The notes: generated by a model from the letters alone, not told the origin. Shown: positions 25,410 through 43,331, numbered from the whole stretch's first letter. The stretch: DNA of 62,998 nucleotides, filler included, from Collodictyon triciliatum (GCA_043381765.1; 7 parts of 7 records of this genome joined end to end with filler, not necessarily neighbours in it), one strand, 5' to 3'. Numbers and translations are program-made.

Positions 25410-28237
25410 GATGCAATCTGATATTCGAAATGAACACAATTTTGTCCCGTGACGCCTAGATTTTAAAGCAGCTTATCTCTGCCATCCTGCGCCTTTGTAG
25501 TCTTTAACTTTTATGTCTCATGATTATTATTTTTTGAATCGAACAAAGGAAAAAAATATCTTAATCTCATTTCTAACATAAGCTTGTCATCACTATTGAT
25601 CGATGTTTCCAATTTTTATCCTTTTTTCCCACCAATCTCATTAAAAAAAAGAAAAAATAAATTGAGGACACCTAATATGGAGTTTTCCTCTTGGTAACAA
25701 GTTCAATAAACCGAAGCAACCACCCCACGCGCTGTACAGTTTCACTCTAGATGAATGGTGATTCATTTTTTTTTTTTTTTAGAGCGATAGAAAATAAGAT
25801 ATCGAATTGCATAAGGACCAACCCATCAAGCTAGGGATATAAAAGTGAGCTGCACCCATGCGTTACAAAATATCGCACAGTCGCACTTTATTCATATAAC
25901 AAAGGTGGCACATGGAGAAACCACTACCCATGCCCGTATATGTTTATGCTACTTTTATTTAAAGGCGGATCTTTCGGCATCAAGACAAAAAGCATGGCAG
26001 GAGTTTGGATGATTAAGATACCGTCATTTCCCTTTGAATGAATAAAGGAAAAAAAAAAGCTTCTATCATCTCCAAAATATATTGCCATACCTTTTGGACG
26101 GTAAACCGCCATTGAAGCTGGTCGCGCACATGCAGGACAGGTCATACAAAGGGCAATAAGATTCGCTATGCGTCCTCTCTTCTCTCTCTTCTTTTATCCT
26201 CTTTTCTTTTTTCCTTAATCAATTTTAGCATACCTATCCTTAAACTACAATTGAGATCTGGAAAACCAGACGTTTTATAGAAAGTCCCCTTTTTCATACT
26301 ATTATTTTATTTTTATTTTTATAAAAAGGACACGCTTCTATAAAATTCCTCGATTGCCGATAAACTCTCTTCAGTAGCTGGAAATACTTGGATAAGGTGT
26401 GAAAGATGAAACTCCCTAAAAGAATAATCGTACGACATTGAATTATTCTATATATCAAAACAATTAAATGTAATTGTGAGATGCGTAAATTCAAGAATTA
26501 AATGGTGGATTGCATTACAAAACTAACTGTGATGTAAACAACGCCCCATCGCATAGTTAGGTACTCTTCCACATAATAGAAAAAAAAGTAGACTTTAGTT
26601 ATCGTAGAAACATTGCAAATCAATCCAACGTATGAAGAAAATGAGTATTGCAGATCGATTTGTGCTAGATTTTTGAAGCAAAGAGACCGTATCTATTCAC
26701 TACAAAAGGGACCAGTGTTAAAAGCGGCAGACATGTTTGCTATCGAGAAAATAGAACTTTCATGAACTAGAATTTCAAAGTGGAGGGAATTCTGAAGGTT
26801 TTTGTGCGATGGCTACGATAGAGAATCTTATGTCTTTAGAAAAAAGTGAAGAATATGGGTAATATAATGTAAAATCAACACACAAACACAGCTACATCGT
26901 TCACGGAAGCAATTTATCCAGAGGTAAAGGACGTTCTATGAGTTCTGATCTATATTTATTTTATCCTGTTTACTTGAGTCGGATATACATATTTAGTGGT
27001 TTGTAGGCGATGATAGGAAAATTAATCTTGGTTTATATAGACGAGCTGGGTATATGGGCCAATCTTTTCGACACGAAAAAAAAAAGAAGCAATTTTCATT
27101 CCAGTCACAATGTCTTATACTGGATTAAGCCATACGGACAGTATTTTTCTTTGATGTTCCAAATTATAAAAAGGCATCACAATTTTCAGATGTCTTAAAG
27201 TATGACTGTTTCAAGAAAATTCATAAGAAACCAAAAAAAAAAGCTTTGGCATTGACTCTACCGCAAAAAGGCTCTGAAAGACAAATATTAGCTTTTGGTG
27301 TGATGAACTTGAACGAGGTATTCATGGAAAATGAGAATCAAAAAATTAGATAAAAAGCTCTTCAAAATGAGTATGGACCTATTATTCTAAAACATTCCGA
27401 TTAATATTTTTTCAAGATTAAAATATGCTTCACCCCATTATGATTTCGAATAATTAAGAGACCCTTTTGAAGGGTACGAGAAGATTTGACTCTTCTCCGT
27501 CGTTTACAAATGAAATAAATTAATAACGTTGTTAAAAAACAACACTTGACATGTGTTTAAGTTTACAGATAGTAAAATCTATGATTATTACCTGTAAAGA
27601 CGGTATTGGAATTATTAATATATGCTCTAAGAATTCTCCCATTTTTGAGGGGTTTGTATGATAAGCATGAATATAGTCAGACAACAAATCTGAAACTTGA
27701 GTCCTGAAAAAAATATCTGAATTCTGCGATAAAATCTCCTCAGAACTCTCAGGATAATGTGTTTTCTGACAGATATATACTTAATATTAACTATACATCG
27801 ACACTATTTTCAGATTTAGCAGCACAAAAGACAAGATTGATTCCATATACCCAGCGAAAAATTAGATATAAAACGAATCGAAATCGCTTCAGTCAAGAAA
27901 ATAACACACAGCAGAAGAGCAACTAAGACAAATAGAATTGTATCATTCAAACATAGTCTTGAAGGCTTAGAGCAAACATTAGTATTTAAGGCCATGCAAA
28001 TAGGATGCCATCCAAACAATGTCTAATTGTTGGCCATTCTACCCTCAGTCATCGCAATCTGTGGAAGCACAGACACACCCATACTACGCTGGAATACCCA
28101 AAGGACGTATGAACACATAAGCTCCAAATTATACTCTACCACCGAAAACATATGGGCCATGTGTGCATAAACTTCCTACTGTTATTTTGGTATCTTCTCA
28201 ATGCATATCTGTGCGGAAATCAGTATTTTCCTTTACT

Positions 28238-29135
28238 TTCTTTTCTTTTCTTTTCTTTTCTTTTCTTTTCTTTTCTTTTCTTTTCTTTTCTTTTCTTTTC
28301 TTTTCTTTTCTTTTCTTTTCATTTCATTTCATTTCATTTCATTTCTTTTCATTTCTTTTCTTTTCCTTTCCTTTCATTTCCTTTCTTTTCTTTCATTTTC
28401 TTTTCATTTCTTTTCATTTCTTTTCATTTCTTTTCATTTCTTTTCATTTCTTTTCATTTCATTTCATTTTATTTCTTTTAATTTCTTTTCTTTTAATTTC
28501 ATTTATTTTCTTTTCATTTCATTTCTTTTAATTTCTTTTAATTTCTTTTCATTTCTTTTCATTTATTTTATATTTTGCTCTGTTATTTTCCTTTATTTTC
28601 TATATCTTTTCTTATCTTTTCATTTCATTTTCATTTCATTTTCATTTCTTTTCTTTTCTTTTCATTTTCCTTTCATTTTCATTTCTTTTCATTTCCTTTC
28701 TTTTCCTTTCTTTTCTTTTAATTTCATTTCATTTTCATTTCATTTTCATTTCATTTTCATTTCATTTTCATTTCATTTTCATTTTCATTTCTTTTTCTTT
28801 CATTTCCTTTCTTTTCATTTCATTTCATTTCTTTTCTTTTCTTTTCTTTTTTTCCTTTCCTTTCCTTTCCTTTCTTTTCTTTTCTTTTCATTTCATTTCA
28901 TTTTCATTTTTTTCATTTCTTTTCATTTCTTTTTATTTTCATTTCTTTTCGTTTCATTTCATTTTCATTTCTTTTCATTTCTTTTCATTTTCATTTCTTT
29001 TCATTTTCATTTATTTTCATTTTCATTTCTTTTCATTTTCATTTCTTTTCATTTCTTTTCATTTCTTTTCATTTCTTTTCATTTCTTTTCATTTCTTTTC
29101 ATTTCTTTTCATTTCTTTTCATTTCATTTTCATTT
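28238..29135. repeat. Long degenerate (TTTTC/TTTCA)n pentanucleotide tract
   Basis: Direct reading. The F/S-rich ORFs here are artefacts of the repeat. Confidence 0.95.
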
Positions 29136-29235
29136 NNNNNNNNNNNNNNNNNNNNNNNNNNNNNNNNNNNNNNNNNNNNTTAATTAATTAANNNNNNNNN
29201 NNNNNNNNNNNNNNNNNNNNNNNNNNNNNNNNNNN

Positions 29236-29775
29236 CAAACACACACAAACCTTCTAGACAAACACACAAAACTTGTCAACAAACACACAAACTTATATAT
29301 TTCCCTTTATTTGATTCAAAGTGCACACAAACGTCATCAACAAACACACACAAACCTTATAGACAAACACACAAAACTTGTCAACAAACACACACAAACC
29401 TTCTAGACAAACACACAAAACTTGTCAACAAACACACAAACTTATATATTTCCCTTTATTTGATTCAAAGTGCACACAAACGTTGTAAACAACACACACA
29501 AACATTTTCAACAAATGCACACAAACCCTGTCAACAAACACACAAACGTCATCAACAAACACACATTAACCTTATTTATTTCCCTTTATTTGATTCAAAG
29601 TGCACACAAACGTCATCAACAAACACACACAAACCTTATAGACAAACACACAAAACTTGTCAACAAACACACAAACCTTATATATTTCCCTTTATTCGAT
29701 TCAAAGTGCACACAAACGTTGTAAACAACACACACAAACATTTTCAACAAATGCACACAAACCTTATCAACAAAC
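29236..29775. repeat. Composite AC-rich minisatellite with a recurring core TTTCCCTTTATTYGATTCAAAGTGCACACAAACGT
   Basis: The core occurs four times (about 29300, 29449, 29579, 29685), interleaved with CAAACACACAAA modules. Confidence 0.9.
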
Positions 29776-31475
29776 ACATCATCAACAGAAGAGGGATGTA
29801 AGATTTTAACTACGCCATGAAATAAACAAAACCTGTTCATTTCACTTTTGACTATTTATTTGATAAGGTAAAATGTTAATAAAAATAATATTAAACAATC
29901 ATTTACTGCCTCATACCTGCAGTTAAGCATAACAATCCCCGCTAACTGGAACTAAAATAACCGAAGCCAAAATGAAAACTGCTGCAGACAAACTTCAAAA
30001 TTGCACAGCCTCCGCTGCACATAGAGTGACAGAAAAGCTATGCCTACTACAGAAGGAAAACATATGCCTCGCACAGTTCCCAAGTCAGTTCTACTTTTAG
30101 CCTCCTACGTGATTGCAGTTCTCATGTGGAAAATACCCTGTGATGCTGTGCGATGTTTGTCCACGTCAACCACATTTCTAACACCATAGCCTAAAAACCC
30201 CAGCAAGACAACAATCCAGTCTGCTTTCTTCAAAGCCCACAAGCACATACTCATATTATTGTCCCACATACACCAAATAATAATCAAAGTACACAAGACT
30301 CTGCACATTTGACCTTCCCGACACAACACAGCGCGCTGAGGATGGAGAACCAAACCCGGAATTCTTAAAGAAAACATAGTTCAGCGCTTGAAGATACTCA
30401 GATATTGACTTCGAGGCTGAGTATTCAAAAAATCATAAATGTTCAGCTTTTGTGCCACTCTTCCTTGCTTTTTCAAAAAAAATTTTTAGGGGTTCGGCAC
30501 TTAAGCCTCCAACGATACCTACACCACACCACCATTGTGTCTCTATATCCCACTTGTTACTTGAAGTTACGAATCGCAGCCTCTAAGAAAAGTTATGTAC
30601 CCTTTCTTGCCGTGGCTGCGAATCTAAAGCGCAAAACATGTCATGTGTCTGCCACAAGACACTCCCTCTTCCCAAAGCATTTTGAAGCAATTGTGCGTCG
30701 TTATAGTCTGAGGTGAAGTTTGGGGGTTTGAAATTGAAGGAAAATCAACGAGCAGCTTTTGTTAAGATGCACTGTCACATCCATCATCGCACTGAAGAAA
30801 AATGAAAAAAAACAAAAAAGCCAGGTAACACGACTGTCATAAATCTGTCCACAACTTCTGCAAATAAGCGTGAGTTTGCTGCTTATCACGGTGCGTCTAA
30901 ATTTCAATGCGTCCTGCAAACTAGATGTGGTATTATCACTTATATAATATAAAGGTGATAATACCACACTAGAGGAGGCGAAATCCTAATGTCCCCCACA
31001 ACACGCAGCTCTATGTGCTCAATATTGAGCGGTTGAGAAATCGCTCACATATCTGCGCAGTGTCATAGAACAAGCGGTGCCTGGAATCGTGGCTACTTCA
31101 ATTGATAACGACAAGCCACAATGACAGGTGTCTCGAGACGACAGAAAAAACACGAACATCGCCTCGGTTATAATCCTGCCAACTCTTCATTCAGCTCAAA
31201 AGCGAGCCTCTATCTCGAGCGATGGATAGAAAAAAAAAAGCAACCCGAAAGACTAGAGCGTACTGGGACGCAACCAGGCAAACAAAAAGATGAGAGGCCG
31301 CGTTTATTGCAATCATTCTCTGTCATTCTTTCACCAAGCGACTTTCCGGAGCTAGAAAAGTGTGAACTTTGTCTTGTATCTGATCTCAAGCTATGCGCAC
31401 CAACAAATGCCGGGCATTAAATGCCTGGTAAGATCATTTTCCATCAGAAATTTTTACGACCCTTTGTAAATGGCC

Positions 31476-31680
31476 ATTGAAAAGGCGGGTGTATCATCAT
31501 TTCCCGCCAAAAGTAACGTCCAACTTAACTTTCAATCATAATATTTTTTCCTTTGACTTTCAATCATTATGAAATATTGAAATGGCGGGTGTATCATCAT
31601 TTCCCGCCAAAAGTAACGTCCAACTTAACTTTCAATCATAATATTTTTTTCCTTTGACTTTCAGTCATTATGTGATATTG
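31476..31680. repeat. Tandem duplication of a ~100-bp unit containing a GGCGGG...CCCGCC stem
   Basis: Units at 31476-31575 and 31576-31676 are nearly identical. Confidence 0.92.
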
Positions 31681-32906
31681 TCTCGACCATGTTTTTCTTT
31701 GGACGACAAAACATATAAATGGTCAATAAGACTTGCACATATATTTGGATTGCCAGTGCAAGGGTGAGAATAAAGTATTTCGCTTGGCTCTCATCGCACC
31801 ATGCGTGACCCACGTCTAGTTCAATCAGAGACACGAACCAATGCGTGCACCCACACACTAGTTGAAAATTCACCGTGACTATCCATCATGCCTTATCCAT
31901 GTGCTGAGCCCTCACAATAACCGCAATATGTTCGATATGCTTTCTTATATCATATCAGTCTGTCAAATATCACCATTCGTAAGTCAAGACATTATGTCTC
32001 TTAACATATCTATGTAACCACGAAAGGCACTCACGGACACGCCACAGGAAGCCAAGAATTAGTATTCAAAATCATCGCAATATCATTCATTCATCAATAG
32101 TGTCATGTATTGTATGTTGGCTTTCATAGCGTGGACCTATAATTGACTTGTATGAGTAAAATTTTCATTGCACTAAGTCAGGATCCTTTCATCAACTGGT
32201 CTGGTCATGGCTTTCGTTGATCATTCTATGTAGATGAATGAAACGATCGGGCAGCTTTTCAACTAATTTCTAATGGCCCGCATATAGCACACTCTCGAAA
32301 AAAATTTCTTTATACGTTTTCTTCAGATATATGGAATGCCTAGTTTTAACTTTCTGAGCTTCAGCACATTCTTCCTCTATTAGGTTGAAGGGAGGGAAAG
32401 GTTTCTGTGCTTCGTCATTGACTTTGCAGTTATCATCAAGATTTTATGATAGCCTAAGAAATATATATTCAAGAAGTGTGCTCACCTCATGTTATATCAT
32501 CAACTTATAATGTCGACTGTATCGAAGAGTGCATGTTATTACAATGAAATGAAAGCCAGTTTATTTTAACTTTACGACGAAGATATTTGTATCTAGTGTA
32601 TCAAAATGGTCACAGACTGTCTAAACCCGCCCCCCCCCCCCCATGAAATAATTCTTTAGAGCAATAAATATCTTTGATATGTTACTTTATATTTACATGC
32701 GAATCCTGAATGATGGTATAATTTTAGAATGTAACTTTTGTATGCTTTAGTGAGAAATTGTATCAACAGTTTTTTGAAATTATGATTTTTACCTATATTA
32801 CTTTCAAGGAGATTCGAAATGATGATATTAAATTCAACATAAGTAGGATATTGTTAGCTACTTTTAATCCTATTTTTTAGACTGCAATAGTGAGCAAGGA
32901 AACGAA

Positions 32907-35742
32907 ATGATGAACAAGTATACAGGATTGGCTATCATCGTAACAGGTTAGCAATACAAACGGCATCATATAGCATTGTTTCCATTATATATCGTGTTGC
33001 AATATGATGACCTATGACATCAGCATTCATGAAGCAAATTTTCAAACTGTAGCATTGGTACTTGAGAGCCAAGTAATCAATGTCAAAGGACAAGATGATT
33101 TCGTGACTCGAACACTAGTTGGCCCTGGTTCTGTGTGCAGCGTTGCTGTCACTCCTGATGGTTCGAAAATTGTCTCTGGAGGTGGAGATTATTATATTCC
33201 AGATTGGACAGTAAAAATATGGAATCTTTCTGACGGTTCTTTGATTCGCACCCTGACTGGTCATACTGGTTCTGTGTGCAGCGTTGCTCTCACTCCTGAC
33301 GGTTCACAAGTTGTTTCTGGAAGCTATGATAGAACAATCAAAATCTGGAATCTTTCTAATGGAGCTTTGATTCGTACACTGATTGGTCATACTTATTCGG
33401 TTTACAGCGTTGCTGTTACTCCTGATGGCTCAAAAATTGTGTCTGGAGGTTATGATCAAACAATCAAAATCTGGAATCTTTCTGATGGAGCCTTGATTCG
33501 CGTATTGATTGGACATCGTTGGTATGTTTACAGTGTTGCTCTCACTCCTGATGGCTCAAAAATTGTTTCTGGAAGCAGGGATAATACAATCAAAGTTTGG
33601 AATCTTTCTGATGGAGCCTTGATTCGCACATTGACTGGTCATACTAGCAGTGTTGAAAGTGTTGCTGTTACTCCTGATGGCTCAAAAATTGTTTCTGGAA
33701 GCAGTGATTGGACAGTCAAAGTTTGGAATCTTTCTGATGGAACTTTAATTCGCACATTGACTGGTCATACTGATGATGTTTACAGCGTTGGTGTTACTCC
33801 TGATAGCTCAAAAATTGTTTCTGGAAGCAGTGATTGGACAGTCAAAGTTTGGAATCTTTCTGATGGAACTTTAATTCGCACATTGACTGGTCATACTGGT
33901 AATGTTTACAGCATTGGTGTTACTCCTGATAGCTCAAAAATTGTTTCTGGAAGTGATGATAATACAATCAAAATTTGGAATCTTTCTGATGGAACTTTAA
34001 TTCGCACATTGACTGGTCATANNNNNNNNNNNNNNNNNNNNNNNNNNNNNNNNNNNNNNNNNNNNNNNNNNNNNNNNNNNNNNNNNNNNNNNNNNNNNNN
34101 NNNNNNNNNNNNNNNNNNNNNNNNNNNNNNNNNNNNNNNNNNNNNNNNNNNNNNNNNNNNNNNNNNNNNNNNNNNNNNNNNNNNNNNNNNNNNNNNNNNN
34201 NNNNNNNNNNNNNNNNNNNNNNNNNNNNNNNNNNNNNNNNNNNNNNNNNNNNNNNNNNNNNNNNNNNNNNNNNNNNNNNNNNNNNNNNNNNNNNNNNNNN
34301 NNNNNNNNNNNNNNNNNNNNNNNNNNNNNNNNNNNNNNNNNNNNNNNNNNNNNNNNNNNNNNNNNNNNNNNNNNNNNNNNNNNNNNNNNNNNNNNNNNNN
34401 NNNNNNNNNNNNNNNNNNNNNNNNNNNNNNNNNNNNNNNNNNNNNNNNNNNNNNNNNNNNNNNNNNNNNNNNNNNNNNNNNNNNNNNNNNNNNNNNNNNN
34501 NNNNNNNNNNNNNNNNNNNNNNNNNNNNNNNNNNNNNNNNNNNNNNNNNNNNNNNNNNNNNNNNNNNNNNNNNNNNNNNNNNNNNNNNNNNNNNNNNNNN
34601 NNNNNNNNNNNNNNNNNNNNNNNNNNNNNNNNNNNCAGTCTCAGTCTCAGTCTCAGTCTCAGTCTCAGTCTCAGTCTCAGTCTCAATCCCAATCCCCAAC
34701 ACAAGGTCTGCTTCACTTTATATCATGTTAAATTTTACGTATTATTACATACATGAAAGATTGACGCCGAATTTTTGCTTCTATTTGCACTTAGAATTAC
34801 ATGACCCCCTATTTTTTTTCTAGATGGCGAACATTTCATCGATTTTCATATTGACCGCATCTCTGATTCCTATCAAGTCGACCAAGTTATTTTTACAGAT
34901 GAATTGGTATGGTTTATGCTCTCGAAGCAGGATATGTTCCACTTGATTCTCTCAAACGCAGGCGAGGCTCTTGTTGGGCATAGCCCATACCATTAAGACA
35001 AAAGGTGTTCATCAACTCAAATCTTTTTAGGCTGAGGGACTCAACATAACACGGGTTCAGCTTCGTCCCTTCTACCCCGTAACCTTCGATGGCTACATCT
35101 CCCTATCAATAGCCGTACTTGAAAATGTCGGCTCGCCTGAATCCAGCATGGAAATTGTAGACAAGATATTAAACGCTGCAAGAAAGGGAAGCAAGGTACT
35201 ATGTAAATGTGCACTCTCAAACCTTCTTGTTTCTCCTGTTTTGCCGATTTTTGGCTCTTGTAAAACACATTGAACTCTGTCACACTTGCTTGCACTTATC
35301 GACGACTACCTATATGTGTGCATGTTATAGTTGAATCATTTACAGTATTTCGAACAACTATAGAAATATTATCTGCCCTTTAATCATGTGATGTATCGAA
35401 TAGGTGCTCACCGATCTTAAAGTTATGACCGTCGTTTATGAAGAAGATGTTATTGTTGTGGAGGAGAAAGTAAGTGATAATCTGTTCTGTTACGACTCAC
35501 GCAATTCAATTAGACACTGACACGACTCATAATTTCATATCCAGTCATCAGAGCGCAATCTCGACATCTATATCGGCATTGCTGTTGCAGGAGGCGTTTT
35601 GTTTCTGATAATCTGTGTTGCGCTGGTGAAGATGCGCCATAGAGCGAAGTATCTTTGCAACAAACTGTTCCACTACAAAAATATCCACGCGATGAAATCC
35701 AGCGGTGTCCAGCTTGAGTCTATCAATAGAGACACACTATAA
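32907..35742 (+). CDS. Putative type-I membrane protein: signal peptide, at least 7 near-identical WD40 repeats, (QS)n stalk, juxtamembrane domain, TM helix, short tail; spans an N gap
   Basis: Exon 1 (32907-32946) spliced to 33053 gives MMNKYTGLAIIVTALVLESQVINVKG-QDD. 42-aa repeats LIRTLTGH..V.SVAVTPDGSKIVSG..D.TIKIWNLSDG. After the gap, QSQS..PTQ splices in phase to DGEHFIDF.., then IYIGIAVAGGVLFLIICVALV-KMRHR and stop at 35740-35742. Confidence 0.72.
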
Positions 35743-36189
35743 GCGATGTCTGACTGAGTATCGGAATCACCAGCATGCACTATGGCACTTGTACTGAGTG
35801 GCCTACAGAAATAAAAGAAAAAGCAAAAAATAAACAAAAGTGTCACCGACAAATATGAAGTATGTGTATTCTGATCTACTCAGTACCCGCATTTATGCAA
35901 TTAATGAATAGCAATACGACTTTTTATTTCAGAAGCATTTGATATCGGTCAATTGTCGAATCATGATATGCGTTAGATAACACGTGTAAAAACGTGGAAT
36001 TAGATGGTATCTAAGCAGGCCTTCGGTACTTTGTATATCCACCCACACGCGCGGGGGTCTTTTTTTTTGGTTCTATTTCAATATTATTCATACTTATTAT
36101 CATGATTTCGGCTGTTTTCTTATGCTACGTAATAAACAGAGTTTCCAAACTTATTGTGAAGATTATTGTTTACTCTGTTCATCATTTAG

Positions 36190-37153
36190 TTGGATTTTGA
36201 TAATCTCTCATCAAAACTCAAGAACGAACGCTCATTTAACAGTATGCATTCTATGCAGTCCTCGATGGCTATGGCCTACTCCAAATTCTTTCGATACAAA
36301 ATATCGCCGCCAACACCCTACAAAAAGTCAAAACATCAACGATGGGGAGAAACACTGGGCATCACCCACACCCTGCTCACCGCGAGCTGGAGACAAGCAC
36401 GAACCCCGCAAGTCGTTCCAAATCACCGCTCTCTAATGCTTAATATCACCAATAGGGAGCTATGGATAGGCATACGCGCGGCAAAAGCTGGCAAAGTCTC
36501 CTAACAATGCACACTTTGCAGCAACAGTGATGAATCCATCGAGCACACATTTGTGCATGGCCTCTCGCTCAAAACCTGCTCGAAACAGTCAGTGAGACTC
36601 TTCGACTGACACTCAAGACGGCTGCGTTATTGGCCCAATCCAGGCGATATTTGGGCCTCTGCAACAACTGCGTCCAGATGCAAAAACATTCAGGGCAGTG
36701 ACGCGAGGCCATTTGCTATGGACTATGTGGATAGCACGCATATACTCACGCAAATCAAGACTTAACAACCAGCCACCCATTCCTGATAACAGGCTGGATG
36801 ACATCATACAAATCTCTTTCCTCAACAGATTCCTTCGCCACCTGCACGTTCTCTACTACTTCGACCCTGTGAGAAGAGACATGTGGAAAAAGGCTGAGAA
36901 GGAGATTCAACCTCGCCTTGTATCTCTCATGCAAGCACAAGACCCAGGCTACAGGCCAAAGCGCAGGATGCAATTGCTGATTACCGACTACTTCTCCGCC
37001 ACCCGGCCACCAAGTAGCGTCCATGCAAACGATGTCCAGCGAACCAAAGCAAACATCTTCACCATCCTGCACAAAATTGAAAGGAAGAATAAAAATAATC
37101 AAATAGCAATTGAAAGCGTGGGCGCCTTTAACAACTGCCATCGTGTATTATGA
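36190..37153 (+). mobile_element. Decayed 3' fragment of an L1/Tx1-type non-LTR retrotransposon (zf-RVT region)
   Basis: ITNREL..*QCTLCSNSDESIEHTF followed by LLWTMWIAR, interrupted by stops and a frameshift. Confidence 0.65.
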
Positions 37154-38984
37154 AATAGACAATATGACTTTTTGTTTGATGTTCTATGAATGGCACCCAA
37201 GTATGATAGTCAACTCCAAGCTAGCATTTCAATAGGCGTACCTTTTTAAAACCCTTACAAGATACTTTCCACGAGTCTTCATTCACTGTCTCGGGAACGC
37301 CCAGCGTCGCTCAACATTAACGACACAGTCAAGAGTTTGAAATCGGTCTTTGTGTCATTTTTTTCGTACTGAATAGCAAGGAAAGTTAAACGTCGCTGGC
37401 AAAGACAGAAAGCACCTGCCTCTTGAATTTGAAAACGACTCTGTTGCAGTTGATATCTATGTATTATCCACTGCAATCCATGGAATGCGAGAATTCGGCT
37501 CCTCAAGTTATTTTGGAGTCTCAAAAGGGAATGGGATTCAGTTTTGTGAGCTCAGAATATACTGGGCATTTTGCGTACGATAGTCGACAGGTTTTGGCCT
37601 GGCTCACATCCTAATTCTCCATTCAATCGAAGGCTAGAGTTTCGAGTCGCGAATAGAATTATCCCACCAGCATTCAATTCACACAAATTGTAGGAATATT
37701 ACCTAATCATGATAGAAGTGGATTTTCAGGAGAAAATTTTATGGATTTAATGTGTTTGTACCATGTACATCTAGAACTACTGCCGCTGCTGTTTTTAATG
37801 CTGCAGATAATGATGTCGTAGGTACTGTTTTTGCAATTTTTTGTTAGAATTGTTTGTACAAAACCATTTAATGTTAACTTTGCTGCATCACAAAATCCTT
37901 TAAATATTGTCGCTAATTCAGGAATAATTCACTTACCGAGGGACTATGTTACGTGTGTGAAACTGGATGTGGATTCAATCGTGAGTTGTGGATTGGATTA
38001 ATCTCTGCCAATTTTTGACGCAGTTGGAGGAAAGTTGTAGGCTCGGATATTCAGTCGTCAGGCTCAGGCTTAATGAGTTTGACATTAGGGTTTGATGACC
38101 ATCGACCACAGGTTTTAATTACAGTGTTATTGTTGCATCGCTGTACGACGTCGTCCTCGAAATTCAATCCAACCAGCAGACTTACCGCATAGAATAAAAT
38201 CCTCATTTAAGTAATGGAACCGATTATGATATTCTCATTACTTATGACTTGCGTGTTAGTGTTAGAGTGTGTGTGGAAATATGCATCGACCATTTGAAAC
38301 AAAGTTGGTGTTATGAAGGAGAGTAGAGTTCAAGAAAGAAAGACTTGCTGCACGCTGGAGCTTAGTTGGCACAAAAGTGGGGAGGGGGTAGTTTTGCCCT
38401 CTTCATTATATACCACATCTTTACCGATCTTGAAAAGTTTGAAAAGTGGATAAAAAGGAAAATAAGAAAAGAAGGCAATTTTCTGAACCATTTTGACCAA
38501 GGATAATGATATATGGATATTGTAGAGGGGAAGGGACTCATCAACCACTCGCTTTTGGGTAAAATATTATAAAATTGATTTGTTGTATTTGTTTTTACTA
38601 CATACAAAAAAAAAAAATTACAAACGTTTAAGTATTTTCGTGTGAAGACTATATCAGCTATCGCTGCTTATTCTGCCACAATAATGGTTTTGAAACTGAG
38701 TTTAAGGAAGGAGAAGCTGCGGGCTACACAGTAAAATTGGGAGACTGGGGTGAACTGACAATATAGATGAAGAAAATAGGTTATTGGGAAACAAGACATA
38801 TCTACTGCTGTTCAGGCATATGCTTACCACGGACAAACCAGTACAGATTATAAAAAGCCGATGCAAGCGCGNNNNNNNNNNNNNNNNNNNNNNNNNNNNN
38901 NNNNNNNNNNNNNNNTTAATTAATTAANNNNNNNNNNNNNNNNNNNNNNNNNNNNNNNNNNNNNNNNNNNNTTTTTTTTTTTTT

Positions 38985-39031
<47 letters not shown>

Positions 39032-39182
39032 GGAGTGATTTCCACAAGTAAAGTTAGTATTAAAAATTCGGTCATATAAGTTAATTTTTTTAATTCACAT
39101 TCATGTTTTTATTTACTCTAATATATTTGATAGGATCACTTAACCATTCGTGCCATCTTAACGGGATGATAATTTGTTTAAG

Positions 39183-43331
<4,149 letters not shown>

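Noticed and set aside
28152-29187. Phe/Ser-rich 'membrane protein' ORFs, and similar ones at 4159, 9852, 23173 and 58428
   Set aside because: These are translations of simple repeats.
29236-29775. CRISPR-like array
   Set aside because: The spacers are not unique, the spacing is irregular, there are no cas genes and the context is eukaryotic.
29960-30720. Another decayed retroelement fragment
   Set aside because: It looks coding-like but has no diagnostic motif I can support.
31958-32480. Microexon chain upstream of the WD40 gene
   Set aside because: It can be spliced only by picking among many weak sites. The Met at 32907 with a signal-like peptide is the simpler start.
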